Of a stretch of DNA of 64,000 nt, positions 1 to 13,436 are shown piece after piece (position 1 is the first letter of the stretch; every line of letters begins with the position of its first letter). The translations under genes were made by a program, and so were the position numbers. Source of the stretch: Selaginella moellendorffii (taxonomy: Eukaryota > Plantae > Lycopodiophyta). The notes beneath the pieces are model-generated. The model was not told where the DNA came from. It searched no databases and saw nothing but the letters and a program-made list of their open reading frames with translations. Where the stretch lies: assembly GCF_000143415.4 (NCBI RefSeq), contig NW_003314272.1, positions 1,434,374 through 1,498,373 on the forward strand, in the 5' to 3' direction.

Positions 1-1216
1 TTTCTCTTGGTATATAAAGCAATGTAACAACATATTGAAGAATAAATACACAAACACCATAATAGTTTACAATATTATTTAATTTCGATAAGATATTTAT
101 TCGTGAATATTATAATTTGATTTTACATTTAATATTTAAGATTTTCAAAGTAAAATCACAACCATTTTTAATATGATTTCTAACATACTTATCAAATATA
201 CTTTTCATAAAACAGTGAAAAGGTTTAACAAATAATAAATATTCAACACATTTCTGTTTTTATTAATTCTACATTTATCATTATAAAATTAATAATATCA
301 TTCATATATATAATGACTAAGTTTCTAAAACTTTTCATTTTTCAAACCATGGTTTTATGGTCTCAATAATTATTATATTAAAGATTTAGTGTGTACAATT
401 CAGGTTAATTTATCATATTTTGGTGATGTTTATATGACTCAAAAGTATAAGCAATAAATCTATTTATAACAAACATCTCTAATCCTCATGAATGGGAATA
501 TTCTATTTTTATTTTAATGTATTCTGGCATAAAGAAGAAGATGATAATATATACTTTTGGAACCTATGCTTTAATTTCTAGAAATAGCTATGAAAACCTA
601 ATTTATTTGTATGGTATAAAAGAGTCATTCGTGAATTAGACATTTAAACTATATGTTCTTATATCCATTGTGACAATATTTCCAAATTTCTTCTTAAAGC
701 TTTGTATATTAATATTATAAATCTCTCTCACCAAAATAGAAAATGAATGAGTTTAAACAATAATCTTATTCTTCTTAATAAAAATATAATATTAAGAGTT
801 AATTTTACTGAGTAACAATGCATTGTGCCCAGAGGTAATAAACTGAACCTAAAAATAAATTTATACTTTTGTGTTTGAGGAAGTTATTGTACACCTATTG
901 TTCTATGTGAGTCAGTGTTTCTATTACACTAAATATGATTTTAGAATTGCATTGAAAATAGTTAATTAAGAAGACTATCAAAAACCATAAAAAACTATAA
1001 ACTTGAAGCATTTGAAATTTCATATTGTACTATTGATATTGTTTTTCATTTATTTTTTCCATATTTGCTTCAAATAATTGGTGATATTTACTAGTTTATA
1101 TAAGGTATTCATCTTGTATTATAATTGTTGCATTTGTTAATATTTATATTTTATAAACCTGTGTAAAGAATATACGTAGAATATCCAAAAGTATTTAAAT
1201 ATTCACCACTGCTCTT

Positions 1217-1560
1217 AACAAGCAGGACGAGTTCTTGCAAAAGATTGTCAACGATCACAAGGAGACGGCACGGGAATGCAAGGTCTTCCTTGATATCATG
1301 CTCGAGTTCTACAGAGCAAATACCCAGGGAGAAACAAAGAGTTCTTGCTAGTTTGTGATTACAATAACTTTCATTCCTGCTTATGGCTGCACCTGATACA
1401 TCTGCCACCACAAGCGAGTGGCTCATGGCCTCGGTGATGCACAATCCTCAGGTTTTGATCAAACTCCAGGAAGAGCTTGACAGAGCCGTAGGTGGCAACC
1501 GAATGGTCCAAGAATCTGACCTGACATTGGTGAATGCTTGGGCCGTCCACATGGATCAAC
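1217..1560 (+). pseudogene. Cytochrome P450 fragment, inverted paralog of the P450 at 1816-3361
   Basis: Translates to KQDEFLQKIVNDHKETARECKVFLDIMLEFY and MAAPDTSATTSEWLMASVMHNPQVLIKLQEELDRAVGGNRMVQESDL/TLVNAWAVHMD. Colinear with the neighbouring P450, including the intron remnant, but with internal deletions and no start or haem motif. Confidence 0.85.
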
Positions 1561-1815
1561 AATGAGCATGTGCATTGTATGTTACTTGGGGGTATTTTTA
1601 TCCTATTGATATTGAGCATTTGAAAATAAATACTAAAAACTCATAAACTTTTAGGATGTTTATGAAGAATATAAATTCACATTGAAAATCTCAAGAAAGA
1701 GAAATGAAATTTGGTTGTGGATGTTGTGGTTGATGATGCACCAATTTAAAGTTTTAAAATTTCTTATTGATTTTTAGTTATAAACCTAATATAAAAAAAC
1801 TTTCCCTTTATTGTT

Positions 1816-3361
1816 TTACTTGATCTCAGCTGACCCATAGACTTCCATCGGCAGCCTTGGAGTGGCCATGGCTTGCAGCGGAGTCTTGAGGTAGCAAGAG
1901 CCATTGTAAACCTCCTCTATGGATGGTATTGTCCCTGGCACAAAGCTCCAATCAAAGCAGTGAATGAGATTGGCCACCAGCAGCTCCACTGTTCGCAATC
2001 CCAATGGCATTCCAGGACACATTCTACGACCGGATCCAAACGGGAGGAGCTCAAAGTTTTGGCCTTTGAAATCGATGGAGCTCCCCAAGAAGCGCTCTGG
2101 GTAAAACTGGGTGGGATTCTCCCACACTGCCGAATCCATATGCACAGCCCAAACATTCACCAGGAGAGTGGTTCCCTTTGGAACGGTATAACCGGCAATT
2201 GTGGCTTCCTGGGTGGCCATGCGTGGGAAAAGGAGCGTTCCTGGAGGATACATCCTAAGTGTCTCCTTGAGAACAAGCTGGAGATAGTCGAGCTTTGGGA
2301 GGTCGGATTCTTGGACCATCTGGTCACTGCCTACGACTCGGTCAAGCTCCTCCCGGAGCTTGATCAAAACCCGAGGATTATGCATCACCAAGGCCATGAT
2401 CCATTCGCTTGTGGTAGCAGTAGCATCAGTCCCAGCCATAAGCATCTCCTGGAATGAAAGTTATAGCAATCACAAAGTACATAAGAAGAAGTCTTACCAA
2501 CAGATTTGCTTTAACGTGTGTTTCTCCCTGGGCATTATTTCCGTAGAACTCAAGCATGATATCAAGGAAGTCCTTGCATTCCCGTGTCGTTTCCTTGTGC
2601 TCGTCAATGATCTTTCGCAAGAACTTCTCTTGTTTCGCATGGATTTGCTTGTACCGAGGGATCTGCCAGTCCAGCCATCTTAAATACCACGGTACGAGGG
2701 TGCTAATGCACGAGGGATTGATCACCAGGTCGACAATGGAGAGCAGAATCTCTTTGAATTCTAAAGCGTCGGAGTCGACTTCGTCTTCACCAAAGTACCT
2801 CTTGCTCATCAAAATCCTGGACATATTGTTGAAAGCAAAAATGGAGAACAGCGATCTTATTTCCACGGGCTTGCTGTTGCTGAAAGACTTTAAGATCTCT
2901 CCCAAGGCATGGGAGAGCTCCTCTTTTCTCATCCACGCAAATGAATCGATGGACTTGGCTGTGAAGAGCTCCATGGAACACAGCTTGCGAGTGTCTTTCC
3001 AGTACTTCCCATATGGAGAAGTTCCAAGTCCCGAATAGTTATAGCTGAAGTGGTCGCCTAAAACCATGTATGGCCTGGAACCAAACTTTATGTCGTGTGT
3101 GGTAAATACTTCCTTGATTATCTTCTGGCTAGAGATAACCACAGTGGGCATCATTCCCATCTTCAAGAACACAATGGGGCCATACTTTCTGGAGATAGAT
3201 TGTAAACTCCTATGTGGGGGCTTTCCTGCCAGTAAATGAAGGTGGCCGATCAGCGGCAGTCCCCATGGGCCTGGGGGGAGGTTTTTGAAAGATCTGTAGC
3301 TCCATGATAGAACTAAGAAGAGAATAAAAGCTACAAAGAGCACAACTGGGAGGATTTCCAT
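1816..3361 (-). CDS. Cytochrome P450, CYP71 clan (A-type), copy 1; exons 3361-2498 and 2448-1816
   Basis: N-terminal membrane anchor, PPGPWGLP hinge, I-helix AGTDAT, ETLR, PERF and PFGSGRRMCPG haem motif. A 49 bp GT-AG intron (2449-2497) lies just before the I-helix. C-terminus is extended (YGSAEIK) by a 9 bp deletion of the stop present in copy 2. Confidence 0.95.
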
Positions 3362-3717
3362 GAACGCAAACCTCTTATGCTGCCAATTGGAGAATTGCTT
3401 CTTTATACAGAAGTTCATGACACAACACCATATGTTCTACGGTGGAACAGTGATTCTAGCAAGAGTTTAGTTCAATTATGAGAATTGAACTAAACTCCAA
3501 GGCTACGCATGGAGATCTACGAGAACATGATCATGTAAGTCCCATGTAGGTGTAAGACTTAGATACAAATTTTAAAAGAAAGTTTGAATATATGGTTAGC
3601 ATCGTTCACGTGACAAATAAACCTGCAAATGCAACACCTCATCCAAATCTCATAGAGCTTGCAAGGGGACCCAACTTGTATTGTACCTTGGAGCTGGTGT
3701 TGAGGAAAATGTAGCCA

Positions 3718-3970
3718 CTAGCTCACGTCCAAAACTCGCAAACTCGTCAGCCGGCTGTGAATCCACTGTCCATTCTTGGTTTCCTTCATATCAACCAACC
3801 AAAGAATAGAAGCTTCAAGTGTGTCAGACTTTTTGGTTTGAGCATTATGTGCAACTTTCTTTCTAGAAGGAGTTGACACGCTTGAATTTGAACGATAGTT
3901 TGGCTTTCCACGAGTTTTCTCATAACACATTCTACCGGGAGAGCTCTGCAATCCACCAGTCAGTCAAAGC
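3718..3970 (-). pseudogene. Degraded remnant of the 5' part/promoter of the LRR-RLP (also at 20859-21111)
   Basis: gctcacgtccaaaactcgcaaactcgtcag (LTSLRVLDVS) matches 31021-31050. ggagagctctgcaatccaccagtcagtcaa matches 31362-31391. Confidence 0.75.
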
Positions 3971-6940
3971 CACAAAGTAACTTTACTTTGGGTAATGTAA
4001 GCACGAAAGCCCCTAAAACTTATTCAAATGGACGGGCATACCGTTTCTCTACCAGCACCCTGCAACCTCAAATCTCTCCGACAGCAGGTTCTTAAGCTCA
4101 TCATCGTCCGTGCCAACTAGCGGATCTGGCACCGCCACCAGTATCTTCTGGAGCAACTGCTTCACCTCCCGGTTCAGCAACATAAAGTTGTCTCCCAGCC
4201 CGAAGCACGTCAAATGCCTTCGGTCCATAACACCCAGTTTGAGGGACTAACCAGCTTTGGCTCCTGTAGAAAGACCAGCAGCGTGACGATCCCGATATCT
4301 ACGTCCAAAACACCGCTTGTCAGCTGAGACGGTTTGTAGCCACCCTGTATCGGGATTTGCTTGCAGACGTGCGACAGGCAAAGCACGAAGCTCTTCTCGA
4401 CTCATGCTTGCAGTCAAGACCGTGCACCGTCGTGTACACCAGTTTGGTTCGCTGTCAGTGCGATATGATGAGCTCAACATAAACCAAACGACAACCATTC
4501 TTCGACAGGCCCTGGATGACAAGAACAAGGACTACCATTCTTCTCGGCTTCACCATGCCATCTTTCCTGCTCGGATTGGAGCTTTCGAGACAGTAATCTT
4601 GACGGAGAAAGCTGGGCCCTCAATGCTGGGGATCACACCAGTTCCTGCATCCGCATGTCAGTTGGCATGCTGCAGCTCAAGCTCGTTCCTTCATAAATGA
4701 CACACTCTCAAAATATAGCCCTTGAATGACCCGTGTGCAAGACCGCCCTCTTGGCAGCTCGCTGATCGTTACTTCGATCCAGACTTTGAAGGCAATGCAT
4801 GACATTCTTGAGTGCCTGATCAGCGGGAACTGCCGGAAGAATGCAGCCCCTAAACTCCGAGTCCATGTCGCAGTGCCGGAGGAACCGGCGCACGCCTTAC
4901 GTTACCAATCCCATGATGCCTCTCATAGCCGTATAAAATACATATGACGTTATTTGTCGGTGATGTGTCACGTTTGATTTGTTCCACGTTTTCGAATCAA
5001 GTTATGAGGACTGGAGCAGAGCCCTAAGCGGAGACTTCCCATCCAGCTCCTCCCCCAGGACTTGCTCGAGATAGAGCACCATGGAAGCCTCGGTGCTGTA
5101 GCTTGCAAGCTTGTCTGCGAGCTCCGGGGTCCGAGGAGGATAAGCCGAAGAATGTATGCTCGCAAGGCTGCAGTGGCAGACGTGAACTCCCAGCTGGCGA
5201 CTTCCCCGTGCACGATGCCTGGACAAGGCAAGAGTACTATGCTGTAATGGATGCCTGTGCTTCACTAGTTTGAGAAATGCAGAAGAACGAAGACTTGCTG
5301 TTCCTCAGCTCGTTGATGTGTGCATACATTGATTCATGCGTACCTCCCATGAATTCCAACCCGCTCACGTCCCTGGGTACAGTACTTTAGGACATAATAC
5401 AAATTAGTGCTGCTTAACGATGTTTAAAAATATATTTTCCTTTCTTAAATGAATTGAAAATACCTATAAAGTGATATCCATGATACCCTACCTCTAGAAT
5501 CTAAGCCCAAAGCATCTCTTCACATTGCCTCTTCATAAAGAAAGCTAATGCTCCCTGAAAGAGATATGAACAAGAGCAACCCAACAGACTACAATTACAA
5601 TGATATCAGTGGGATATTTTACTAGTATTTAAAATTAGGACGATTCTTTGTGATCTAAGCTAAGGAAAATAAAATTTCAGAAGAAACTAGTAATTAATAA
5701 ATAAATTTAAAATAATCAAAGATTAAGAGATATACACTGAGGAACCCAAAGAACATGTTAAGACAAGAAGCCTCATAGAGACAATACCATTAGGTGATGA
5801 ATATAAAGAAGTGGTGCACTGAAAAACCATGCACCTGCTTATGGTTCTGGAAATGAGACTAAGAATACAAATTATTTTGGTTTGCTGAAGAAATCAAGTT
5901 GTTTGGATGAGACTTGAATGTTGGACATTTAGACTGCAACAGAAATTTATGCAGTTTTTTTTCTAGACTGATGTCAAATATGACCCAACAAATGACAAAT
6001 GTGGCATGTTCAGCTTGATGCTAGCTGGATGCTAATCTTCCATGTATCGCTCCAAGGTTAAGGAGCTTAGAGAATGGCTTCACTGCAGGAGAGAGAAAGC
6101 AGAAAGTGTATTGAAGAGACAGATAGATCACTTTAAACAGAAGGCAAACTTCCGCTTCTTGTTCACACTCCCTCCCCTGGAAAAAAAAGTTAGTTTTGCA
6201 CACTTCACCATTTCGCTCGATGTCATTGACAATCTCGACACCCTTGGGAATCTTCACCTCCTCTGACATGGAACAGGAACATTGTACTGCAGCAACGCTT
6301 TGCACTAGCAATACCTGCATTGTTCGTTCCTTAAGTATGAGCAGCTACAAAAGCATATGCAACGAACCTTTCACAGCTTGTTTTGTTACCATACGGGACT
6401 TGTTGCAGTGGCCTGGAAGCCGAACTGGTCATAGTTCGATTCCACCAGGAGGAAGCAGAGTACAAACTCGTGCGGCTTACTGGTACCGGCATAGATATTG
6501 TTCCATGCCACTACTGGATGGTGTGCTGCTATAGTTGGTTGCACCAGTGTCCTAGGAAGAATAGTGTAGTCCACAGCCGCATTATTCTTGATCACTGGCC
6601 TCCATGCATAGTGGATAGCATCAGCACTTGCCATCATTTGCAATTAGCCAACCAATGGTAACTCAGCTCTGCAGTAACTCATTTTCCTCCAGTAGAACAA
6701 TTTTCAAATCTTGTAGTATTGCAACAACCTTGGTCTTAGTTCCAAAGGCTGGCAACCATCGCATGCAATCCTCACAGGATTTCCCCGATCTTCAGATTTG
6801 CAGTTTCTAAAATAGGTCATATCCAGTGAAAATTAAAAGTAAATGTTGAGTCACAAACATTTTTCTTTGCAAAGATCCTAAAGGATATTCTCTTTCCTCT
6901 TAATAGTCATTATTTTGCCTACCGTTAATTTTATGTATTA

Positions 6941-9900
6941 CTAGTATGCTCAGCCAATGTTGGGTAGTTAGCAAAGCCTCTCACACTCACCAACATATCT
7001 TTGTGATAGAACTTGCTCACATTTCACAATTTCCTTATGAAATGATTCCTCCATCTCTAGCATTAAGCCATTTTGGTCCATTGCTATCCATTGGGCAATA
7101 AGGAAAGTTAAAAAATAAACAAAGTTTTTGTTTTCATGTTTTAAGGTGTAATAGGAGAGGAGTCAATTAATATAAAGTTTCTTTGTATATAGTATTGATG
7201 GTGAATGTTGATGAATTAAATGGAATTAAATGGCTTTGTGTATGAGTTATGTCAACTCGAATTGCAAGTTGTTGTGGTGATGTGCATCTTGAGAGTGCAA
7301 TACAGAGCTGCCCATGGGTAAAAATTGGTTTGGGTAAGTAGATGTTCACACAATCAAATGTTTGACTTTGGCATTTTGAAATTGTCATATAGTATCCAAG
7401 ACAAAGAGGAAATTGTTTTTGAAACATATAAAATGGAACATCTAAATTAGAAAGTGTTAAGTTAATGCGTAGGATAAAAGTTTTAGTACCTTTAAACTCA
7501 TTTGTAATTATTTCACAATCCAAAACTTTAAATGAAGTTCTTTTGACCATTAGTCGAGTCCCATTGCATAATCCAATTGTTGGAGACATATTTCTCAAAA
7601 GAATAACTATACAACCTTCTTTTAGTATCGATTTATGTGGTGGTAGTCCAAAGGGAGTGATAGAGTTTAGAAATTCAATTGGGAAATCTTCAAGATGTTT
7701 AACATTAACAGAGTCAATGCTAATGTAAATTTGAGGTGGACTTAGTAATTGAGAGATAATGTTATTGTTAATTGGAAATGTATCATCATTGAGAGGTGTT
7801 GAAATGGCTATATTTGCTGTAATTTGAACATTTAAAATGTCTTCAATACATGGGAATATGAAATCAGTAATAGAGGTACTTTTAATTAGTTCTGAAGGAA
7901 GAAAGATAGAATCAAGTGGTAAGATAGGGTTTTATGTGTAATTATTTCTATCACCAACTTTCAATAGCTATTTTGCCCAGTCTAGATCTACTTGCACTGT
8001 TATTAAGTATTAAATCAGAAATAGATATATCATTAATTGGATTAATAATTTAAAGGTTGTATGGGATGTTTGTCCATTGTGTAGTAGTGTGCTTGCAATG
8101 CCCGTCCATGCCATACAAACCACTTTTTTTATTTTAAAACTCAAAATATTTTACCATTATATTTAATAAATATGTTTTGCCAGTGCTGCCAAGGCCATCA
8201 ATAAAAATAAAATGGTTAATATCATTCGGGCACTCAACAATGTTAACAATTTTAGTATTCAAGTTTCTAATATCATAGTAAATTTTTGTATATGAATGGT
8301 TGTAGTTTGGTATTGATTGAATAGAGGTATTTAGAATTGGGATAAGTAAGTTGTATGATTGGTTTATTTTACCATGTATTATCATTCTTGAGTTAATGTC
8401 TATTAGAGTAAGTTTATATTGGCATATAATATTTGTTTTACCAAAATCTTTAGAGAGCTAATCTTTAAAAACATCCATAAAATATAGTGAGTCTTGTGGA
8501 TTGCAAAAAATGCATATAAAAGTAAAGAGTTGACACAATTGTGTAGGCATTTAGAAATTGTATACTTCTTGTAAATAGTTATACAATTCATTATTATCGT
8601 CAAGAAGACCCATAACAACAACAACTTATTGAAAGTTTTAGTAAGTTATATTTTAATATTGTCGAAGTATGTCACACCTTTTTTATGAAAAAGAATAATA
8701 CTTAAGTGGTACAACTTGGTATTTAGAGGAGATACTAAGTAAAGTTGAGAAATAACCTCTTTTTTTTTTCAACATTGCCATACGTTAGCAGATTTATTGA
8801 AAATATAATGTAAAAGTATTTGAACATAGGTATATTGTTTTGCATTTGATCATGAATATTAAGCTCAAACCATTTTGTTAGCATTGTTCCATTATATGCT
8901 GCTCTTTACAAGGCATTGTGCTTTGAGCCTTCCACAACCTATATAAAAATCAACTCTCATATTTTTTGATTAGATCTATAGTATTGTAAATTATTGCTTT
9001 CAAATTTAAAATAGGCATCTACAATATATTGTTAGGTGAGTTTTCCAGCATATAAAATTTGGTCATATGTAACTGTAGAGGTTGATAATGTTGAATTTCT
9101 TTTGGACAAACGATAGGCATAATATTGAAGGAGTGTTATATGCTTATTAGAAGAAAGCTTGTCATGCTAGGCTCTATCTCCATGTGGAAAAAACAATGGA
9201 TAAACCATATCATCACAATTAATATTTAAAATAAATATATATTGTAGTTCTGATGATTTTGGATGAATGTATATTTCACAATCAAAAGTGGCATGCCGTC
9301 TTCACTTTGGAAAACTATTGCAACATCATTAGTTTGTGGAGTATTATATCAACAGTGGTCTATACCTTCATTTATAATGAGCATATATACTCCACGTAAA
9401 TTGCTACCAAAAATGATAGTTCTTGAAATATTTTCTCGTTCCAATTCATACATCATTCTAAAAGCTTGTGCATATGGATTAATATGTCAAAGTATCATAT
9501 CTAGTTGAAGCAATAAATTATAATCACAGTTAATGTTAAAAGGGTTTTGTTTTCTGATATCAGTAGCCTCATTGGACTCTAGCATGTATAATTGATTGTA
9601 ACTTGGATTTTGATGTATTGAAGGATGTTGTGGCATAATTTTGTGATAGATTTGTCTGGACCAGGACCTGTAAAAGTATTAATGCTAGCTCCCATAGATG
9701 CGAAAGCAAATGCACTATTATATTGTCTTATATTACTCTTGAAATTAAAGTGTTTGTGTGAGGTATATACAGAATACAGAAAAGGTGGTAATGGAAGTAT
9801 TGGAGGTAGGTAGGCCTGTCCACTTTAGCAACCAATAGACTTGTTCTCATTGGCAAAGTGTGAGGCATGACAATACTTACAAATATATGATAAGGGACCT

Positions 9901-10064
9901 ATATTCATTGTCAAAACAGATGTATCATTATATAGGTAATTGCTAGCAAGTGTGATGTGAATTTGAGGTGAAGGGGGCAAATGGGAATTTGAAATTGACT
10001 GCTGTTCAGTGTGATTAATTCTCAATAAGGAATTATTAAGATTTGTTTGATGTCGATACTCCAT
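6941..10064 (-). mobile_element. Degenerate Helitron Rep/Helicase
   Basis: Pif1 helicase motifs IDGLGSTGKTYL, LCNGTRLMV, QFPLCLGYYMTISKCQSQTF and FTHGQLCIALSR. Rep-region motifs AFAFASMG (~9690-9715) and MVYPLFFPHG (~9180-9210). N-terminal CKYCHA. Many stops and frameshifts. The 3' CTAG|T at 6941-6944 is tentative. Confidence 0.88.
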
Positions 10065-11696
10065 AGCCTCTTGAATATTACTGTTGTAAAGCTGTATGTA
10101 TGTTGGTGCTGGTTAGTGTCTTCAATGTTATCATTGTAGGAATGTGTATGTTTGTATTGAATAGCATTCAGTACATGTTGAAGGTGTGATATTAATTTCA
10201 ATAGTTTCTTTTGGAAATAGAGATCAATTATTAGGGCAGATAGAAAGCAAAAAAATTTTACTGAGGGATATGGATGGGCATAAAAATTGATCTTTTGGAT
10301 GCAATCGGGTGTTGCCAAAAGAGCAGATTGATGTGTTACTTGATACACTGTCTTCTCGCAAGACTTACATTTTTGCTACCTCACTGTGAGTGCCATGTTT
10401 CCTCCACCAAATTGGGATCTGCGAGGTGCACGCTCCAATTGATCAGCCTGGGAATTCGTGGAGGAGCGTGGTGCCTCACATCTGCGAGCGAATGGAGATC
10501 ATCCCGTCACGTGGAGGCCTAGAAGTAGAAAACCCTAGCCCCGGTATGAATGGCAAGAACGCCTCACTAGCCATTGGATCCAGCTCATCATTCCTCCCAT
10601 GTTACATTATAATGAGGACTTTTTCAGTGCGTTTTCAGTGAGTGGAATCTTTCCTAAAGATTAAAATCTTTGCTGCTCGAACTGTAAGAACAGAGAGTTC
10701 TTGGTTGATCAAATCATCTAGCAGCAAAAAGAAATCTTTGAAGCTCTTGTGATCTTTGGAAAACTTCCAAACTATCGTGATCATCTCCAAGCATTGGAAA
10801 TCTTTCAAGCTCTTGTCAACATTGTATGCATGGAGTAGCGGATTTCCACTCTTCTTCTTTTCCAGCTTCATGGACCCCAAGACATAACAAAGCCGTGAGG
10901 ATTGCCGATGAATCTCCATCACTATGAAGCGTCTGTCCATCTTGCTTGCTCCCTCGGCAAGTTTGGCAGCCATATCTACCAGTCCATCACTGTTGAGCAT
11001 GCCATAAAGAAAGCTCTCCTCGTCTTCATAATCACCACAGGAGAAAGCCACTCCATCTTTGGAATGATGTACCACTTGCTCGTTGCACGCTCTAGAGCCA
11101 ATGCAAAAGTTTGGAATCCTTCCACGTCCATCCAGCAGCCCTTCCAGTGCCTAGAGTTCACAATTGAGTCTCTATACGTGCTGCCTTGAAAGTCACTGCT
11201 CATTGTGCACAAGAACTTCCACAGCGTAGGCTCATAGAAGAGGTAGCTGTGCAGCAGAGCTTTTGAGCTCACTCAGATGTCACCACTTCCAAAAAGTGAC
11301 TCTAGTGTCCTAAGAGCCACAGCTTTTGTTGGCAGAGTGAGCTGGTTCTTGAGTTGATTCTTCCTGTCCACCAAAGTTTCTCTAAGGTGAGGCCCTAGAA
11401 AAAACCCAAGAAACCACGGAATTCCAGTAAGAACACACTGGCTGGCTTATGTAGTGAGAATTTGAGAGCCAAAGTTCTAGCTCTAGCCACTGTTGGCCTC
11501 GCAAATGCTGGTAAGTTTATATTGATGATGTTGTAGCCCACTTGGACTTGGGCTATGAATAAAAGTGCACCCTCTTTTCTAATCGGTTAAGGGTCTTGGG
11601 ATATTTAAGGTTAAGTGTTCTTGAGTTTGAATAGTATTGGATTAGATGACACTAGAAAGTCCAAATTCAGAAGTTTAGTTTTGTGTTAAAGACTGT

Positions 11697-11898
11697 TGAC
11701 ACTGCTTTTTCCTTTTGACCATCTACTACTCACTTTACAATTAAGTGTATTCCTTGGAAGAATAAATTCATCCAAATTCAGAAGTTTACATTTGGTATCA
11801 GAAAGGGGATCCCTTTAATTTTGTGATAATGATTGTGACACTGCTTTTTCCTTTTGACCATCTGCTACCCACTTTACAATTAGGTGTATTTCATGGAA
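11697..11898. repeat. 63 bp imperfect direct repeat (11697-11759 / 11836-11898)
   Basis: tgacactgctttttccttttgaccatct...cactttacaatta.gtgtatt.c.tggaa occurs twice. tccaaattcagaagttta is also repeated (11660, 11771). Confidence 0.85.
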
Positions 11899-12660
11899 AA
11901 ATAGACTCATCAGTAAAACCATGGTATGTTTACCCCTATTGTCTTGTTGGGATCATTGATGGCTTTCCTCGGGGTCTCAACACTTTTGTACGTGATGAAA
12001 ACAAATCCTCATCCATTCTAGCAAATCCCTGGCCACTGCTTCCTTGTCGATGCCTCTAGCCATGCCATTGCAGCTGCTCATCGCCAAAATCCTGCTCAAA
12101 CGATTTGTGCTCCTTCCGATGCAGCCGCTCACCGATGGTGGAATTCCAGTAAGAACACACACATTCCTTATTGTGTTGAGGGAGAAAGAAGAGCACAGAG
12201 ATGTACAGCCTGTCCCACCTGGGCTGCCAACGGATGCTAAATTGCATAATAGTTATGCAGCCCTGCAAAAGCAAAACACATGAGTGATCCCCTGTCCTTG
12301 TTGCTGCTAGGCAGCAGTGCCCCCTCTCCCACTTCCCCTGGAAACCTCGTGGCTGGGAGGAGCCATGGTAAAAAAAAGAGAGCTTTACCAGGCAAGCAGA
12401 TGGGTATCACTCACACCTGCTGCGTGCCCACTAGCTGGCCCAAAACTTCACAAAAATATTTCAAAAGGATGTGTGGTAAGAAACTGATATTTACCGATTT
12501 ACCCCGCATCCGATGGCCCCGATTGGCCAGATCCGGCAGCCCTCAAAGTTCGGCAATTGCTCTTTATAGTAGTAGATGTAAAAAAGCTTACTTTGAATCT
12601 TATTTTCCTTTGTGAACATCTACATTCTTTAATTCCATAAAGCCAACTAAGAATGGACCT

Positions 12661-13137
12661 TTAGAACTTGAAAGCCTGAATGAACCAATTGCCATGGCGA
12701 ATGATCCAGCCCATCCAGCTGGAATTTCTCATAACAACATATTGCAATCTGCATGTTGCTGCTGTGAAATATACCGAAGCTGCTGAGCCACACCAGAGAG
12801 AAATATATTGCACAGCTTCCAAAGTACAAAGACTGCAAGCAGCCTGAGCGTTACAAGTGAGTTCTTCAAGCAAGTCACCATGCTGGGTGGTGATATTGCT
12901 TGAGGTGTGGAGCATATCAGTGAAGGCTGCTCCAATAGCACTTGTTGATGGATCCCAGATAGATAACTTTGTGCAAGAGCATACCAAAGTGTTGGCCAAG
13001 TAGCTCTCCCAGCAAACTGGAGCTGCTGGAGCTGAAACTGGAGTTGGAACTTGAGAGATTTTGAAAGGAGGAGATCGCTTGGCTCCAGCAATTGTGATTA
13101 TAAAGGAGAGCGCTAAGAAAACTTTACCTTGGTCCAT
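12661..13137 (-). CDS. Small secreted cysteine-rich protein, Gnk2/DUF26-like (158 aa, intronless)
   Basis: Signal peptide (VFLALSFIITIAGA), Pro-rich linker, then CNAQAACSLC...AVQYISLWCGSAASVYFTAATCRLQY, resembling the DUF26 C-Xn-C-X2-C...C..CxLRY pattern. TATA-like box at ~13176-13185. Confidence 0.7.
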   Translation of the reverse strand: MDQGKVFLALSFIITIAGAKRSPPFKISQVPTPVSAPAAPVCWESYLANTLVCSCTKLSIWDPSTSAIGAAFTDMLHTSSNITTQHGDLLEELTCNAQAACSLCTLEAVQYISLWCGSAASVYFTAATCRLQYVVMRNSSWMGWIIRHGNWFIQAFKF

Positions 13138-13436
13138 TGCCTTTGATATTGTTTGGCTTGGAAACCTGATAGTAATTTATATAAAAGTCAGGAGGAAGGC
13201 TCCGCAAATGATCAGAAGTGGACAAATGATTTAAAGTTTGCTCTAACGTTCCTTTTGTATTATAAGCAAACAAGTATAGGTATGAATGAGTCTGATGTTC
13301 TTAATTTAATAGTTAATTCATATGCTTCTAGATAACAATTGCCAGCCGGTGGGGAAATATTGAGGCCTTATTCATGTATGTATATATATATAAAAGGTTT
13401 CCAAGGTCAAAACAGGCAGTTCATAGTTCATAGACA

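Noticed and set aside
4050-5265. GC-richer ORF cluster with faint kinase-like words (GIVHGEV, LKAMHDILECL)
   Set aside because: Fragments lie on different strands and frames with no complete motif set; cannot be assigned.
6021-6810. Short overlapping ORFs
   Set aside because: No recognisable domain; possibly decayed gene debris.
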